Shown here one piece after another: positions 11,801-26,800 of a stretch of DNA of 64,000 nucleotides. The position numbers and the translations under genes are program-made. The stretch covers positions 117,770,851-117,834,850 of the forward strand of contig JARDVH010000163.1 of assembly GCA_030324005.1 (NCBI GenBank). The letters are read 5' to 3'. This stretch comes from Negaprion brevirostris. Lineage: Eukaryota. The notes beneath the pieces are model-generated. The model saw only the letters and a program-made list of their open reading frames with translations, made no database searches and was not told the origin of the DNA. The stretch's first letter is position 1, and the number at the start of each line of letters is the position of its first letter.

Positions 11801-14800
11801 CAGATTTCAGTTTCTACTCTAATTGCTGCTGCAGTGGCCCAGAAAACTAGCTGCACCTTCTAAATCAATTGGCAGCCGTGAGCTTCTCAGCTAGAGGTTA
11901 TCAAATCTTTGGTAAATGTTGGCACACTCCTAGCTTCCTGAAGACGATATTAACAGTCTAAAGAAACTCAGGAGTATCACTGCATAAATTGCTTTTAAAT
12001 CAACAAATGCACAGATTTGACACCCCTTTTGAACTACATTGGCAAAAAAAGGTTTTTGGGGTTTTGATTTCAAATTTGTATTCAAAACAATTTGCTCTGT
12101 AACTTGCCATGTTTCTTGTGATGTGCTTAATAATTTAACACCAGTGTGCATTGGAACTTGGCTTTCATAATTATAACAACTCCCCATAATTTTGTTTTTC
12201 TGTTCTTGGCTTCTGTTGTTTGTGTCTGCACCAGACTTGGGCTGCTGTCACTGCTGCTTTGTACTGGCTGTTTGTGTGCTTATTGCAATGAAATTCTGAT
12301 ACAATAAGCTTCGAATAAGTATTCTGGATAATTAAACTGTATTGTGGGTATCTTGAGCCTTTTGAAAAAAATTTGATCGCTCACCTTGTGTTTTCTACGC
12401 GTCTCTCTTATTCAAGTTTGATGTTTTGTGATCTACCTCAGTTTCAGACTGCAAAAACATATCCCTTTTTAAAAAATTTGTAGTTCAGTTGAGCAAAAAA
12501 TGGTAACAGAATTAAAAATAAGTCATCAGACCCAGATATGTATTCCAGTGCTCAAGGAAGCAAAACTATTTTGAAACAGTGATTGTGCTTAAAGACTAGA
12601 GGGTGGTAAATGTGACACGTTATACAAGAGAGGGCAACTGGATAAACTAGAAATCAGAAGCATTTAATCATCATTTTATAAGTAAACATCTTGAGTTTAT
12701 GGAATAGTGATGCAGTTAGTGTACACTGAGACTTGACAACCCCAATTAGGTCATGATGAATTTGTAAAGGACAGATAAAACTTACTTGGCTGTTTATGAG
12801 GAAATCGCATTATATAAAAATTAACGCAGAAGCCATTTTACTTCTGGATTTTCAGAAGACAATTTTGATAAGGTTCACAGTAAGCAACTAAGGCACGAAT
12901 GAAGAGCTGTTCACAATAGAGTCTGGGCATTGATGTGACCCATTGATCTCTGCTGAAGCTTCTTCTCTTGCATTCGCTGTAATTGAGTTGGATAAGGACA
13001 CGTGGGGCATTATGGTGTTTGCAGATCCCAGAGTCAGGGGCTTCGCAAATCTGAGAAGGAGATTGAAAGAAGGTACAGGTGGAATCATGAAGTAGGTGGA
13101 GAGTCGGCAGATGCAGTTTACTGCAGGGATCTATATTGGGTATGTTTTGGAGGCAGCAAAAAGTTTGAATTTAATGCATCATCCTTAAAATAAATGGACA
13201 TCCAAAGCCATTTCTCAAATGTGCATTGAGGAAAATAAGTTTGGAGACACTATGTATAAGTTTGANNNNNNNNNNNNNNNNNNNNNNNNNNNNNNNNNNN
13301 NNNNNNNNNNNNNNNNNNNNNNNNNNNNNNNNNNNNNNNNNNNNNNNNNNNNNNNNNNNNNNNNNNNNNNNNNNNNNNNNNNNNNNNNNNNNNNNNNNNN
13401 NNNNNNNNNNNNNNNNNNNNNNNNNNNNNNNNNNNNNNNNNNNNNNNNNNNNNNNNNNNNNNNNNNNNNNNNNNNNNNNNNNNNNNNNNNNNNNNNNNNN
13501 NNNNNNNNNNNNNNNNNNNNNNNNNNNNNNNNNNNNNNNNNNNNNNNNNNNNNNNNNNNNNNNNNNNNNNNNNNNNNNNNNNNNNNNNNNNNNNNNNNNN
13601 NNNNNNNNNNNNNNNNNNNNNNNNNNNNNNNNNNNNNNNNNNNNNNNNNNNNNNNNNNNNNNNNNNNNNNNNNNNNNNNNNNNNNNNNNNNNNNNNNNNN
13701 NNNNNNNNNNNNNNNNNNNNNNNNNNNNNNNNNNNNNNNNNNNNNNNNNNNNNNNNNNNNNNNNNNNNNNNNNNNNNNNNNNNNNNNNNNNNNNNNNNNN
13801 NNNNNNNNNNNNNNNNNNNNNNNNNNNNNNNNNNNNNNNNNNNNNNNNNNNNNNNNNNNNNNNNNNNNNNNNNNNNNNNNNNNNNNNNNNNNNNNNNNNN
13901 NNNNNNNNNNNNNNNNNNNNNNNNNNNNNNNNNNNNNNNNGGTGCAACTTGTGGGCCGAAGGGCCTGTTTGTGCTGTAGTGTTCTATGTTCTAGAAGATT
14001 AAGGTGGAATTTAAGCAGTTTCCCAAAGGTACATTGCAAACTATTATTCCAAATGGTTAGTAAGTTTGAAACCAACACGCAAAACTCTGAATTAGCTGCA
14101 GAAAAATATAGGGAAAGAGTTTTGCACTTAAAGGATTCAGATTTTGGAATGTTTTACTGTGAGGTTAACAAAATGGCAATTGTTTGATAATTTGAAAGGA
14201 TTGGCTAAATAATTAAAAAAGGCTATAGCAGGCGAACAGGGAAAGTGGTATTTGGTTTAAATAGAAGCTGACACATGCATAGTGGTGAACAACAGCTTCC
14301 TGTGACTATGTGAAGCATTTTTGTTCATTGGATATATGTGATTTATTGACCAATCCTTTGTGGTTGATGTTGTCCTCCTTCGTGGAGATTTACATAATGG
14401 TGTTTACCAGGCTATTTCAGAAAGTATTAGGTGTCAGTATGTCTGTGATGTGGATGTCAGAGGTGATTGGGTTCCCTTTTGATAGCTTTAACAGTCAGTT
14501 TTGAATTGCTTGTGTGTGACACATTTGCCCATCTGAGAGGAGGCTCATTCCATTCATGTTGGCCAAGCCAAGTCAGTGTTAATTAAATCTTAAGAGCGTG
14601 GGTTGTATGGGCAGAATATTCAGGCATATTTTCCAAAACTACATTGTCTGCTTGCTGTTGAATTTTTTTTTAATGCCCAAGTCCTTGAGACTGATCTTAT
14701 GTCCAAGTTGCACTTTATTGCTCAAACATGGTTGGATTCTAAGGTTGGAGAAGATAGGTAGAGAAAACAATTGTGTGTTTTCCAGTTGGTTAGTGGGTGG

Positions 14801-17800
14801 AATTTTCATCAGTCTGAAGTTGTATAGTCGCCTTTCAAAAGTGTCTCCTTTTGTCTCCCAACCACCGGGAAATACTAGGTCAATACCTGTTCAATGATGA
14901 ACCTTTCCAGTGGAATGGACAGTTGTTAATGAATAAGACCACAATAAATATCCTCAGCAGATTGGTAGTGTGTTGTCTATCACTTTTTAAAATTATTTTC
15001 TGTAACTGCTGTTAGATAGTGAAATGTATATTTTTCTTTTTTCACTGCTCCCTCAAGTTGCTCTATCAATGCATTAAGAAGGCCATCATATTGCTAAGTA
15101 TTTCTTTGGTTCCTGTTTCTTCATGCTCTAGTGAATGCTTTGCGTTTGTACCTGACACTTGCTTTGATTAATTTAAAATGTAATGGTCTGATGTATGAAG
15201 TTTTCTATGATGCAGTAAATGTACAGAAAATCTAATGGTCTGTGCCATTTCAGCTTTAAGAAATATTTTCTTTACCATCTTTATTTTGTTTTAGCTAACT
15301 GCAGAAAAGAAGATTGACAAAAACCTACTTCCACCAAAGAAGATCATTGGCAAAAATTCCAAAACATTTGTAGAAAAAAGACAGAAAGAGTTAGAAGCCT
15401 ATTTGCAAACCCTTCTAACGAAGTTCCCATATGCTGCACCAAAAGTTTTATCCTTTTTTCTGAATTTTCATCTATATGTAAGTTTTTTTAAAATAAATTT
15501 CATTTTATAACAATATNNNNNNNNNNNNNNNNNNNNNNNNNNNNNNNNNNNNNNNNNNNNNNNNNNNNNNNNNNNNNNNNNNNNNNNNNNNNNNNNNNNN
15601 NNNNNNNNNNNNNNNNNNNNNNNNNNNNNNNNNNNNNNNNNNNNNNNNNNNNNNNNNNNNNNNNNNNNNNNNNNNNNNNNNNNNNNNNNNNNNNNNNNNN
15701 NNNNNNNNNNNNNNNNNNNNNNNNNNNNNNNNNNNNNNNNNNNNNNNNNNNNNNNNNNNNNNNNNNNNNNNNNNNNNNNNNNNNNNNNNNNNNNNNNNNN
15801 NNNNNNNNNNNNNNNNNNNNNNNNNNNNNNNNNNNNNNNNNNNNNNNNNNNNNNNNNNNNNNNNNNNNNNNNNNNNNNNNNNNNNNNNNNNNNNNNNNNN
15901 NNNNNNNNNNNNNNNNNNNNNNNNNNNNNNNCATGTGCAAAATGAAAATTCTAGTAACTTGGTGTGTGGCTTGATATTGCTTGCTGAAAAAAAAACTGCA
16001 ACCCTGGCCAACTTCCCATTCTTTCCTTCCTATCTCCTCCAACTCTACACCCCTCCAGAATATGTGCACTCCTTCAATTCAGGTCTCTTGAGCAACTGAG
16101 ATCTAACTTGCTCCACCATTCACATCTCCTCAATTATTGAAGCAGTCCATGTCCAAATACAGCAAGATCTGGACAATATCTAGGCTTGAGCTGATAAGTA
16201 ACATTCATGCCACAAATTGCCAGGCAAGGACTATCTCCGACAAGAGAGAATCTAACCACCGCACCATGACATCCAGTGGCATTAATCATGCTGAATCTCC
16301 CACTATCAACATCTTTGGAATTATCATTGACCAGAAACTGAACCTGACTAGCCACATAAATACTGTGGCAACAAGAGTGGGTCAGAGGCTAGGAGCCCTG
16401 TGGTCAGTAACTCTCCTTCTGACTCTCCTGTTCTTCTTTATCATCAACAAGAAACATCAGGAGTGCAATGTAATGCTGTCTACTTGCCTCGGTGAGTGCA
16501 GTGCCAACAGCACTGAAGAAGCTTAACACCATCCAGCCCATTGATTGCTACTCCTTTCATAAACATTCAATTCCTCCATCATTAATGAGCAACAGCAGCA
16601 GTGTGTACCATCTGCAAGATGCACTTATGAACTCACTAAGGTTCATTAGGCAGCACCTTTCAAATCCATGACCGCTGACATTTAGTAGGTCAAGGGCAGT
16701 AGATACCTCAGGACACCACCACCTGGAAATCACTCACCATCATAACTTGGAAATGTATTGCTGTTCTTTCACTGTTGCTGGGTCAAAGTCCTGGAGTTCT
16801 CTCCCTAACAGTATTGTGCGTGTACCTATGCTTCAGGGGCTGAAATGATTCAAGAAGGCTGTTCATCATCACCTCAAGGGCAACTAATGGTGAACAATAA
16901 ATACTGGCCTGGCCAGCGATGGCCATACCTCAGTAATGAATTGTCCTGATAAGTGCAAAGCAGAAAGCTTCAACAACTTGCCCTTTTGTTCAACAATACT
17001 CAAATTCTGTGCTGTCAAATGTTTATCATGAATATTTGGTATTTGTGAAGGACAGTATATTTTCAAGGCATTAATCACTTAAGGTGATCTCAAGAGAGAA
17101 ATGATAATTCTCTATCTTTATCTCATCAGTATTAAGTATGACAATAAATCAGGGAAGATTTGTGCTTTTAGAAAAACTACTTTTACAGTAGCGTTGAAAT
17201 ACAGAACAAAAGGTGNNNNNNNNNNNNNNNNNNNNNNNNNNNNNNNNNNNNNNNNNNNNNNNNNNNNNNNNNNNNNNNNNNNNNNNNNGAGAAATAGAGA
17301 AAAAGAATGAACTGTGGAAAAATGTCTTAATCTTAATGATTATCCATATATGTAGATCACGGTTGCACAGATATGAATATTTTGATTTGGTTCTTAGAAT
17401 ATTGTGTTCTTTTGTAGGAGATAAATGGCATCACAGCTGCCCTTGCTGAGCAACTGTTTCACAAAGGTATGGTCTTTAATTTTGAATGCTAAATGTCTTG
17501 ATGTTGTGGGTTGCAAATTTGTCTGCCTGGTTTTTTTCAAGATTGCAATAATTTCAGTGGGCTATTAATGAAGCATTATGTTGATGTCTGAAATTTTAAG
17601 GCATGTATAAAATGGAAAAAGACTCTCCTTGTAACTATGACAATATGATATTTTAACATTTAGTGTCTCAAGCAGGCTTACATTAGCACTGCAATGAAGT
17701 TACTGTGAAAGTCCCTTAGCCACCACACTCTGGTGCCTGTTCAGGTACACTGAGGGAGAATTTAGCGTGGCCAGTGTAGCTAATCAGCATGCCTTTTGGA

Positions 17801-20800
17801 CTGTGGGAGGAAACCAGAGTCAGGAAATCAAATCTTGTAATTTTAATAAGTAGTCTTATTAGTTAATCAAATTGGCAGAAATAAATGTCATTTTAGTAAA
17901 CTTTCCATCATTTAAAATATCTGTTCTACATGTAACCCAGTTTACATTTTTTTTATCAGTTGAAGTGTCATTTGTCTAAAAATGTTTATATTAATACAAT
18001 TTATAGGTGAGCAATTGCTCTTGGCAGGTGAAGCTTTTTGTCTTAAACCACTACAGTTGTATGCGATCACCCAACAACTGAGACTGGCCAGTCCTACTTG
18101 TGCCAGTGGTGATGCCAAGACTGACCTTGGACACATCCTGGACTTTGCTTGTAGACTCAAGTATTTAAAGGTAAAAATCAGTTCTCTAAAATTGTAATTG
18201 TAATATCTTGTGTATAACTGGTACGTTTTGCACTGTCCTTATTGGCTTGTAAATTTTGGTTTGTGCCTGTTGATATTTTGGCACAACTGTAATTTTAATT
18301 TGCTTTTAAAATTCTGGTGGTGCAGCCAGTAATTTTAATTTTTCAGAAAGAAAAATATTTTATTGCAAATTAGAGAATCTTATTACTTCAAAATATTTCA
18401 TGGGTAGAATACACTTGACATTCAACATAATATTCTAAGCTTCTATCTTCCTTGATCAGCCTGGTTTTTGAGGATGGCGTTGCCTCTTTGCAATTTTGCT
18501 GAGTTTTTGCAAAGTGATGCAAAATAGAATCAAAGCATTTCATCCATAAAACAGAGATTGAACTTGACATGTGGGAAACAATCTCTTCAACTTCAATGCA
18601 GCACAAAAATGAGTTATCAGTGCAGCATTGCTTTTTTTAAAAGTCACGAATATTTCTTCAATTTTAAATTGTGAAGGACTAAAGATCTCTCAATTTTTTT
18701 TGACAGATAACAGGCTCCAGAGGATCGGTTGGTACCAGCAATATTCAAGAACGTCTCCTTAAATTTGATTTATCAGTTTTCAAGTCTGTTCATCAGATTG
18801 AGGTTAGTAAAAGAGAACAAATAATTTAGTTGACTGAAGTCCAACCTTTTCTATTTTAAAAAAGCCCCCCAGTAATTTATTTCTTAATTTCCAGTGAAAC
18901 AACAAATAATGGGAGGTATATTTGTGGCCGAATACCTGTGCTTAAGGAAAGTAATTCCTGGATGCTTTGAGATAAATTTTAGAAAAAATTAACATGTGCT
19001 GCTGCTTTGCACAAAATGGCATCATACAGTTAGTGAGGAGAGAACTGAATTGTTCATTCTCCTTCAAGTTGTTTCATACTCCAATAATTTGGAAACTTTG
19101 AAAAATAATGGATTTAAACAGTTTCATTTATGATATTATTCTATTTGGTTTTTATCAAACTTAATGTTTGTATTGCATTGTTACAGATAAATAACTGTGA
19201 GGCTAAACAAATTATTGGACTTCCTTCCCTGAAGAACTCACTGGCCACAATGAGTGTGACTTTTTCAACTGCTTCAATGAAAGTATGCATCTAATTTTGT
19301 GTGTGTTTGTATTTATAGTTGTGTGTTTATATATTGAATTTTTTTTGGTTCTATTTATCCCTTCTTGTCTGAAGGTATGTAATCATATTGCGATGTGGTT
19401 TCATGATTGTTCCTGCCCCTTTATTTTGTAGCAGGGTGCACCAGTTAGCAGCCAATAATGAAGACAGTGGAAATTTATTTTGATGAAAGGCTGAAAATAG
19501 ATTCTAAGTCACAGCCTGTTTGAAAGTTAATTTTTAGGAAGCAAGAGCCAACTCATTTCCACNNNNNNNNNNNNNNNNNNNNNNNNNNNNNNNNNNNNNN
19601 NNNNNNNNNNNNNNNNNNNNNNNNNNNNNNNNNNNNNNNNNNNNNNNNNNNNNNNNNNNNNNNNNNNNNNNNNNNNNNNNNNNNNNNNNNNNNNNNNNNN
19701 NNNNNNNNNNNNNNNNNNNNNNNNNNNNNNNNNNNNNNNNNNNNNNNNNNNNNNNNNNNNNNNNNNNNNNNNNNNNNNNNNNNNNNNNNNNNNNNNNNNN
19801 NNNNNNNNNNNNNNNNNNNNNNNNNNNNNNNNNNNNNNNNTCCACTGAAAGTGTGAAATTTGCTGGCTGATCCAGAGCTGTGTGTTTCTGGGCTCACGAG
19901 TGAAGTTGCACAGGCTTCTGCCCCATTGGTGGACAGATAGAGGAGGAACCTTGAACCTGTAGAGCATGGCAGGACAAGGTGCCGACATTATCCTCTTTGT
20001 TATACACACCTTGGATCCAGCCACAATAAAGAAAATGTGGTATAATTCTAAGTCTAAATGGTGTGTGGCTTGGAGGAATGCTTGTGGGTGATGGTGTGCC
20101 TTCTGCCTTTCTGTTTCTTGAGACTCCTGTTCAATTGAACAGGTTGTTTATCGAATCTTTTGTTAAGAATAGAGATGATAAGTACATCAATCCACAAAAC
20201 TGAAAAAGTGGAACATGAAAATAGCAGGTTGCAACCTGGGGAAGTTCGAGAGACGCAATTTTAAAAAAACGTCTGGGTTCACATCCTTTTTTGCATTATG
20301 AACAAAACCATTTTTCATTTTTATAGTTTAGGAAATGTGATGTTTAAATTGAGGATTTTTATTTGTGTAAGTGATGCCATTCTCCCATCATCAGTTATTT
20401 GATAAAATTGATTTGTTTTAATCAGGATATCCTTGTGCCAGAGGCTTCTGAATTTGAACAGTGGGAGGTGGAGGGGATGGCATCTGAGCATCCGGTTGCT
20501 GCTATTATCCCAAGGTGGAGCATGCTGACCACACTTGATATGAGTCGTAACCAGATATTTAATATTGATGAATCAGTGGTAAGGAAATATATTATGCATT
20601 CCATTCAAGAAAAGGCCATTGGGTTCAGCGACCACTCACCTTTTTCAATTGACTATGTTCTGTGCTCCCAACTATGCATTTGCTTTTTTCCTCTCACTTC
20701 CCTGCACCTACAAAGAAATGCATAAAACAGGAGTTTTGTCAGACTTCTTCCCAACTCCTTGAGAGATCAGCCAGGAAGAGTATTTCTGTGCTAATTGAAC

Positions 20801-23800
20801 AGATTTATGTCATAAACAAAGGCAAATTACTGTGAATAAGACAGTTTAAATCCAAAATTTTAAACGTTATTTGCCTCTTAAAAATCACTTTTTTTTTCCT
20901 TTGTTGTATACAGGATCATGAAAGATCAGGTTGAGAAAAGGAAAACTAGTTTGTGTTTCAATATGAAATTCATATGTAGAGGTTCTCAAAACATTGATTT
21001 TGTTTTACCATATATGACCAGTTGGAGCGAACTGATTTTATGCTTATCAAGTATGAAACTGATTCCAATTTTTAATTTAGAGCGTGTAAACTCATGTACA
21101 GTTTCCAAATCCACAAACTTGTGCATGGATTGGATAACATGGAGTTGCAAGAAAATCCGAAAGATATGATGATTTGAATTATTATTGTGTCTTTGAAAGA
21201 CTGCCAAGTTGTAAAGCTTACTGCTTTATGATGTGATACTATTTGCTCTTAATTGTCCATTTGATCCCTGCATAGGCATAGGATTGTCAGAGGTCAGTTT
21301 TGTATGCTTCTAAAGTTAAAAGTTAAAGTTTATTTGTTAGCCACAAGTAAGGCTTACATTAACACTGCAATGAAGTTACTGTGAAATTCCCCCAGTCGCC
21401 ATAGTCCGGTGCCTGTTTGGGTCAATGCACCTAACCAGCATGTCTTTCAGAATGTGGGAGGAAACTGGAGCACCTGGAAGAAACCCGTGCAAACTTCACA
21501 CACATATTGACCCAGGCTCGGAATTGAACCTGGGTCCCCGGTGCTGTGAAGCAGCAGTGCTAACCATGTGTTACTGTGCCACCCCTTTTTGTCCATTTGT
21601 AATGAGAAGTGGCTTTGACCTGCTTTTTTGTGTTGCCAAGTGGTCACATTCCTTCACTAGCTATTTCAAGTTAAGGGTGTTGCCTAGGATACCATTCTGC
21701 ACAATACTTTGGGCTTTTGCTCCTTTCATGATGACTCCTTTCTCTATGCCTAATTAATGCAGACTCTAGCTTCAAAACATTAAAATCACTGCTGCTGAAA
21801 TCATTTTGTTTGTCCCTTGCATTTCATTCTAGCAATAAAATGAGTGAAATTTGAATAGTTTGTGATTTAATATAAACTAGAGTAGCAAATGTAGTAAAAA
21901 GTAACTTAAAAATAAAGGGCAAGGTTATAGGATGAATGCAGTGATTGCAGATTTGGACACTGGTATACAGTGAAACAAGTAAGGTGGGAAGTAATGACTT
22001 CATGATTCAGCTAGGTTATTTTCGGCCTCTTAATGGATGTTGAGAAGTGAGCTGCTTGCTTTTCTTTAATGGGAGANNNNNNNNNAATTAAGGACTTGTG
22101 CCATTAATTGGAAAATAATTAAATCATCCTGAAACCTAGCTCAGATGCCGTGGCGTGTAGTACATACAATTGAGAATAAAATTCTTAAAGTACCCACAAC
22201 TTAAACTTGGATGCAGCTTGTAAGGAATGGAGAGTTTAGCGTTCAAGGACACCTTGCAGGTGAACCTCAGACGAGTTCACCACGGATTGGGAGAAAATGC
22301 ACAAAGAACTATCTGGGGAGCAATTTCCTTCAAACTGCAAAGGACAAATGGAAGCTAGAAAGACCAGGAAGTCCCGACCAAAATCAGACAATTCAACCTT
22401 GCTCACAATGTGTGAAGCCACGCAGGCCTGCAATTGGATTTCACAGCCATGTTAGAACACACAACAGATAACTGTATGTCAAAAGAAACAACCATTTTTG
22501 ATAAAGAGAAATTGACAATGAATTATAGTGGGAAATGTTACTTTTTATATTGGATTGGAGAAGGACTACAAGACAATTCAACAGGTTTCATATTCATACT
22601 GGACCCCAGTATATGACAGAATTGTTTTCCCCTTAAAACAAAAATCAAAAATTTTTTTATTCCCGTTGCTTAATATGTTTCTTCCCTGGTGACCAGCCCA
22701 CAAGATGAAGAGCAGGAATGGAGAAGTGGAAAAATTGAAGTGAGAAAAAAGGATGATAAAAATGGATGAATGGGATGAAAAGAAGAAACAAATGGAGTAT
22801 CCTCTTAAGTTGTTGAATTTGATGTTCAATGTGGAAGGCTGTAAAGTGCCCAATTAGAAGATGAGATGCTGTTCCTCTAGTTTGCGTTGGAGTTCAGTAG
22901 ACCGTTGTAAAAAGCCAAGGACGAACATCCATCATTATGAAGTGCTTCGAAAGGTTAGTCATGGAACAAATCAATTCCAGCCTCCGGGACTACCTGGATC
23001 CACTACAGTTTGCCTACCACTGTAACAGGTCCACAGCAGATGCCATTTCCCTGGCCTTGCACTCAACCCTGGAATACCTAGATAACAAGGACACCTATGT
23101 CAGACTCCTCCTATTTATTGATTACAGCTCAACCTTCAACACTGTTATTCCCACAAAACTCATCTCCAAACTCGGTGGCCTGGCCCTCAGCATCTTCTTC
23201 TGTGACTGGATCCTGAACTTCCTAATTCACAGACCACAATCAGTATGGATAGGCAACAACACCACCTTCATGATCATCCTCAACACTGGTGCTCCACAAG
23301 GTTGTGTTCTCGGCCCCCTACTGTACTCCTCATACACCTATGACTGTGCAGCCAAATTCCCCTCCAATTCGATTTTCAAGTTTGTTGATGATATTACCGT
23401 AGTGGGTCGGATCTCAAATGATGAGAGAATACAGGAATGAGAGAGAATCTGGTGCACTGGTGTAGCAACAATAATCTCTCCCTCAATGTCAACAACACAA
23501 AGGAGATGGTCATCGACTTCAGGAAGCATAGANNNNNNNNNNNNNNNNNNNNNNNNNNNNNNNNNNNNNNNNNNNNNNNNNNNNNNNNNNNNNNNNNNNN
23601 NNNNNNNNNNNNNNNNNNNNNNNNNNNNNNNNTGGTGTAGCAACAATAATCTCTCCCTAAATGTCAACAACACAAAGGAGATGGTCATCGACTTCAGGAA
23701 GCATAGAGGAGAACGTGCCCCAGTCGACATCAATGAGGTCAGAGTAGAAAGGGTTGAGAGCTTCAATGCCTCTACTTTCTCAGAAGACTAAGGAAATTTG

Positions 23801-26800
23801 GCAAGTCAGCTATGACCGTCACCAACATTTACAGACGCACCATAGAAAGCATTCTTTCTGGTTGTATCACAGCTTGGTATGGCTCCTGCTCTGCCCAAGA
23901 GCGCAAGCAATCATGAAAGGTCATGAAAGTCCAATCTGTCATGCAAACCAGCCTTTTATCCATTGACTCTGTCTACACATCCCTCTGCCTTGGCAAAGCA
24001 GCCAGCATTATTAAAGACCCCACGCACCCCAGAATTCACTCTTCCACCACCTTCCTTCAGGAAAAAGATACAAATATCTGAGGTTACAGCCTCATCATAG
24101 GGGGCTAATCNNNNNNNNNNGAGAAGAGTAATTTCTTCATTTGAGAGTTGTGAATTTTTGAACTTGTCTACTCCAGAGGGTTGTGTATATTTAAGACTGA
24201 GGGGTACATTTTTGATGTCTTAACGCATCACGGGAAATGATTAGTTGGAGAGAAAGTGGAGTTGAGGCAGGAGATCAATCATGATATTGAATGGTGGAGC
24301 AACCATGAGGGGCAGTGTGATCTAGTCTTGCTCCTATTTCTCTTGTTCTTATGTTACAAATACTATTTTAACATTCAGTTAGCAGGTTTCTTCACCTTGA
24401 CACAATTAGTCTGCTTGACTTTTTCCCACAATAAAAATGGCTGGATTCAACTTCATCCAATTAACCAGTTTATGAAATAGAAGTGCATTATGTTAAGTGT
24501 GCATACATGATGATGTTGTAGTATGTTAATTACGTAATTATTTTGAATGCCATTTTGAATGCAGTTGATTCTGTTGCTTTATCCAAAGTTACTGTGCATG
24601 AGTTTTATAATGTTTTTGTGCATTTGTTTTACAGAAATTAATTCCTAAAGTAGAATTTGTGCATTTGTTTTACAGAAATTAATTCCTAAAGTAGAATTTC
24701 TGGATCTAAGTTACAATGAAATAGCAGTAATGGAAAATTTACAGGTAGGACAATTACTGAATCATTATGAATTGTTTGGAACCTACAGTATTTGCCAAAT
24801 ATCAAAGATACTAATTAGTCCATTCTCTTGAACAACTGGTGTATTATTTTTGTGGTCAGTCTGCACTGTTTAGTAGACCCTTGAAGCTCATTGAAATGAA
24901 TGGCGCTGTTGGAAAAAAGCAACAGCTTATATTCGTACAGTATCATTTTTAACATGGAAAGCCTTTCAAAATGGTGTAATGAATAAGATGGGTGCTCAAG
25001 TCAAAGAATGAAAGAGTAGGTGACCAAAAGCTTTACTTTAAAGACAACTTTGAGGAGAAAGAGAGCAGTTATGGGAGGGAATTCCAGATTTAGTTTGACT
25101 CCAGTGAAGCGGTTGAGGTGAAGCTAGAGAAGAATGCCAATGTTGTTTAATGAAGGTGATGGGAGGGCCAACTTTGTTACAAAATGCTGCAGAATTTTTG
25201 AAAGGCTGAAGCTGAGGATGGAAATCAGGCAGATAAGACAGCAGAACACCAAATATTATTCAGCATGTTGGGTGTTAGCAAGAGCAAATCAGAGCTAGGA
25301 CAATATAGACTCAAAAGTCCCAACAGAGCAGCACAAGTTGAGTATGCAGAAGTAGGCAAGAGAGTGGAATGAAGGTAATACAGAGAATACAGTGTAGCTC
25401 AGTTCATTGGTGGATCTAGTTTTGGAAAGCACAAAGTAAAGATGAGCAAACTAGACAATTAGTCTAATTTGTATTAGAGATGAAAAGGAAAGAAAATACT
25501 AAGAAAAAAACGAAGTTAATTTTAAGGAGAACCAATGCATTGACTCTGCATAGATTGGGGAAAGAATTGGCTAAGATATTGGGTACACATTGGCAAACAT
25601 TCACTAATTAACAAACATAACATAGGTTGAGTATCTAGGGTGGCACAGTGGTTAGCACTGCTGCCTCACAGCACCAGGGCCTGGATTGGATTCCCAGCTT
25701 GGGTCACTTTCTGCTCGCCTGTCCTCCCTGTGTTTGCATGGATTTCCCCCGGGTGCTCCAGTTTCCTCCCACAGTCCAAATGGCATGCTGGTTAGTTGTA
25801 TTGGCCATGCTAAATTCTCTTTCAGTGTACCTGAATAGGTGCTGGAGTGGTGACTAGAGGATTTTCACAGTAGCTTTATTGCAGTGTTAATGTACTTGTG
25901 ACAATAATAAATAAACTTTAAAACTTAAAGGTGGAGTTCCTTGGATAAGATTAACATTGGAGTTGAAGTCACATAACCAATCTGGAAATTGAAAGAAGAA
26001 CAAGAGTAATAGGCTCTTGTCATGGGAGCACTGTAACTTTTGGTCAAAATCCTGGGACTCCCTATGTAAAAGCACTGTGGGTGTAATTGCAGCAGTCCAA
26101 GAAATCGGCTCAGCACCACTTTTTCAAGGGCAATTGCGAATGGGCAATAAAGATGTTGGCCTAGCCAGCAGTGCCCTTATTATGTGAAAGATTTTTTAAA
26201 AATCTAGAGCCAGCATAAAAGATCAAATGGCATTTAGGTGGGGAAGCAATGAATGGTTGAAGATCTGAGGAAAAACTATCAAGTAACGAATGGAAATAAT
26301 GCTATATGAATGTAGTTATTGGATAGGGCCAATTAGACATGATAGTGTTTTGTGGCAGATGATAGAATAAAGGAGATCATAAATGGATATTTGCTGTAGT
26401 CCTTTGAATTTGGTAGTGGGATTTAAGGTGCGCAGCAAGAAGGAGCGGGACTATTAAATGGGATAACTATTGATAAAAATGCAATACACGAGAGATAACC
26501 TGAACAGCTGCCAACTAGTCNNNNNNNNNNNNNNNNNNNNNNNNNNNNNNNNNNNNNNNNNNNNNNNNNNNNNNNNNNNNNNNNNNNNNNNNNNNNNNNN
26601 NNNNNNNNNNNNNNNNNNNNCTCCCACACCCCAAAGATGTGCTCTTAGGCTGATTGGTGTAACAAATTGTCCCTAAGTTAGTCTCCCCTCAATCTGGATT
26701 CCAATGTGGAGTGCCATAAGCGTAGACATGGGTCATGGGTGGAAGGGGGGACTCACAATGCTGAAATGGTGGCGTGGGCTCGTTGGGCCAAAGGCCCTGT

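Noticed and set aside
13171-14187. ORFs of 258-322 aa (likewise those at 51629-52688)
   Set aside because: Almost entirely X residues from assembly gaps.
23458-23708. Direct repeat of ~75 nt in the Rex1 RT fragment around a ~100-N gap
   Set aside because: Same gap-flank overlap pattern with near-identical copies; probably an unmerged overlap or haplotypes.
25637-25710. tRNA-like sequence (also at 37921, 47343, 62843 and 32775)
   Set aside because: These are tRNA-derived SINE heads continuing into SINE cores, not tRNA genes.
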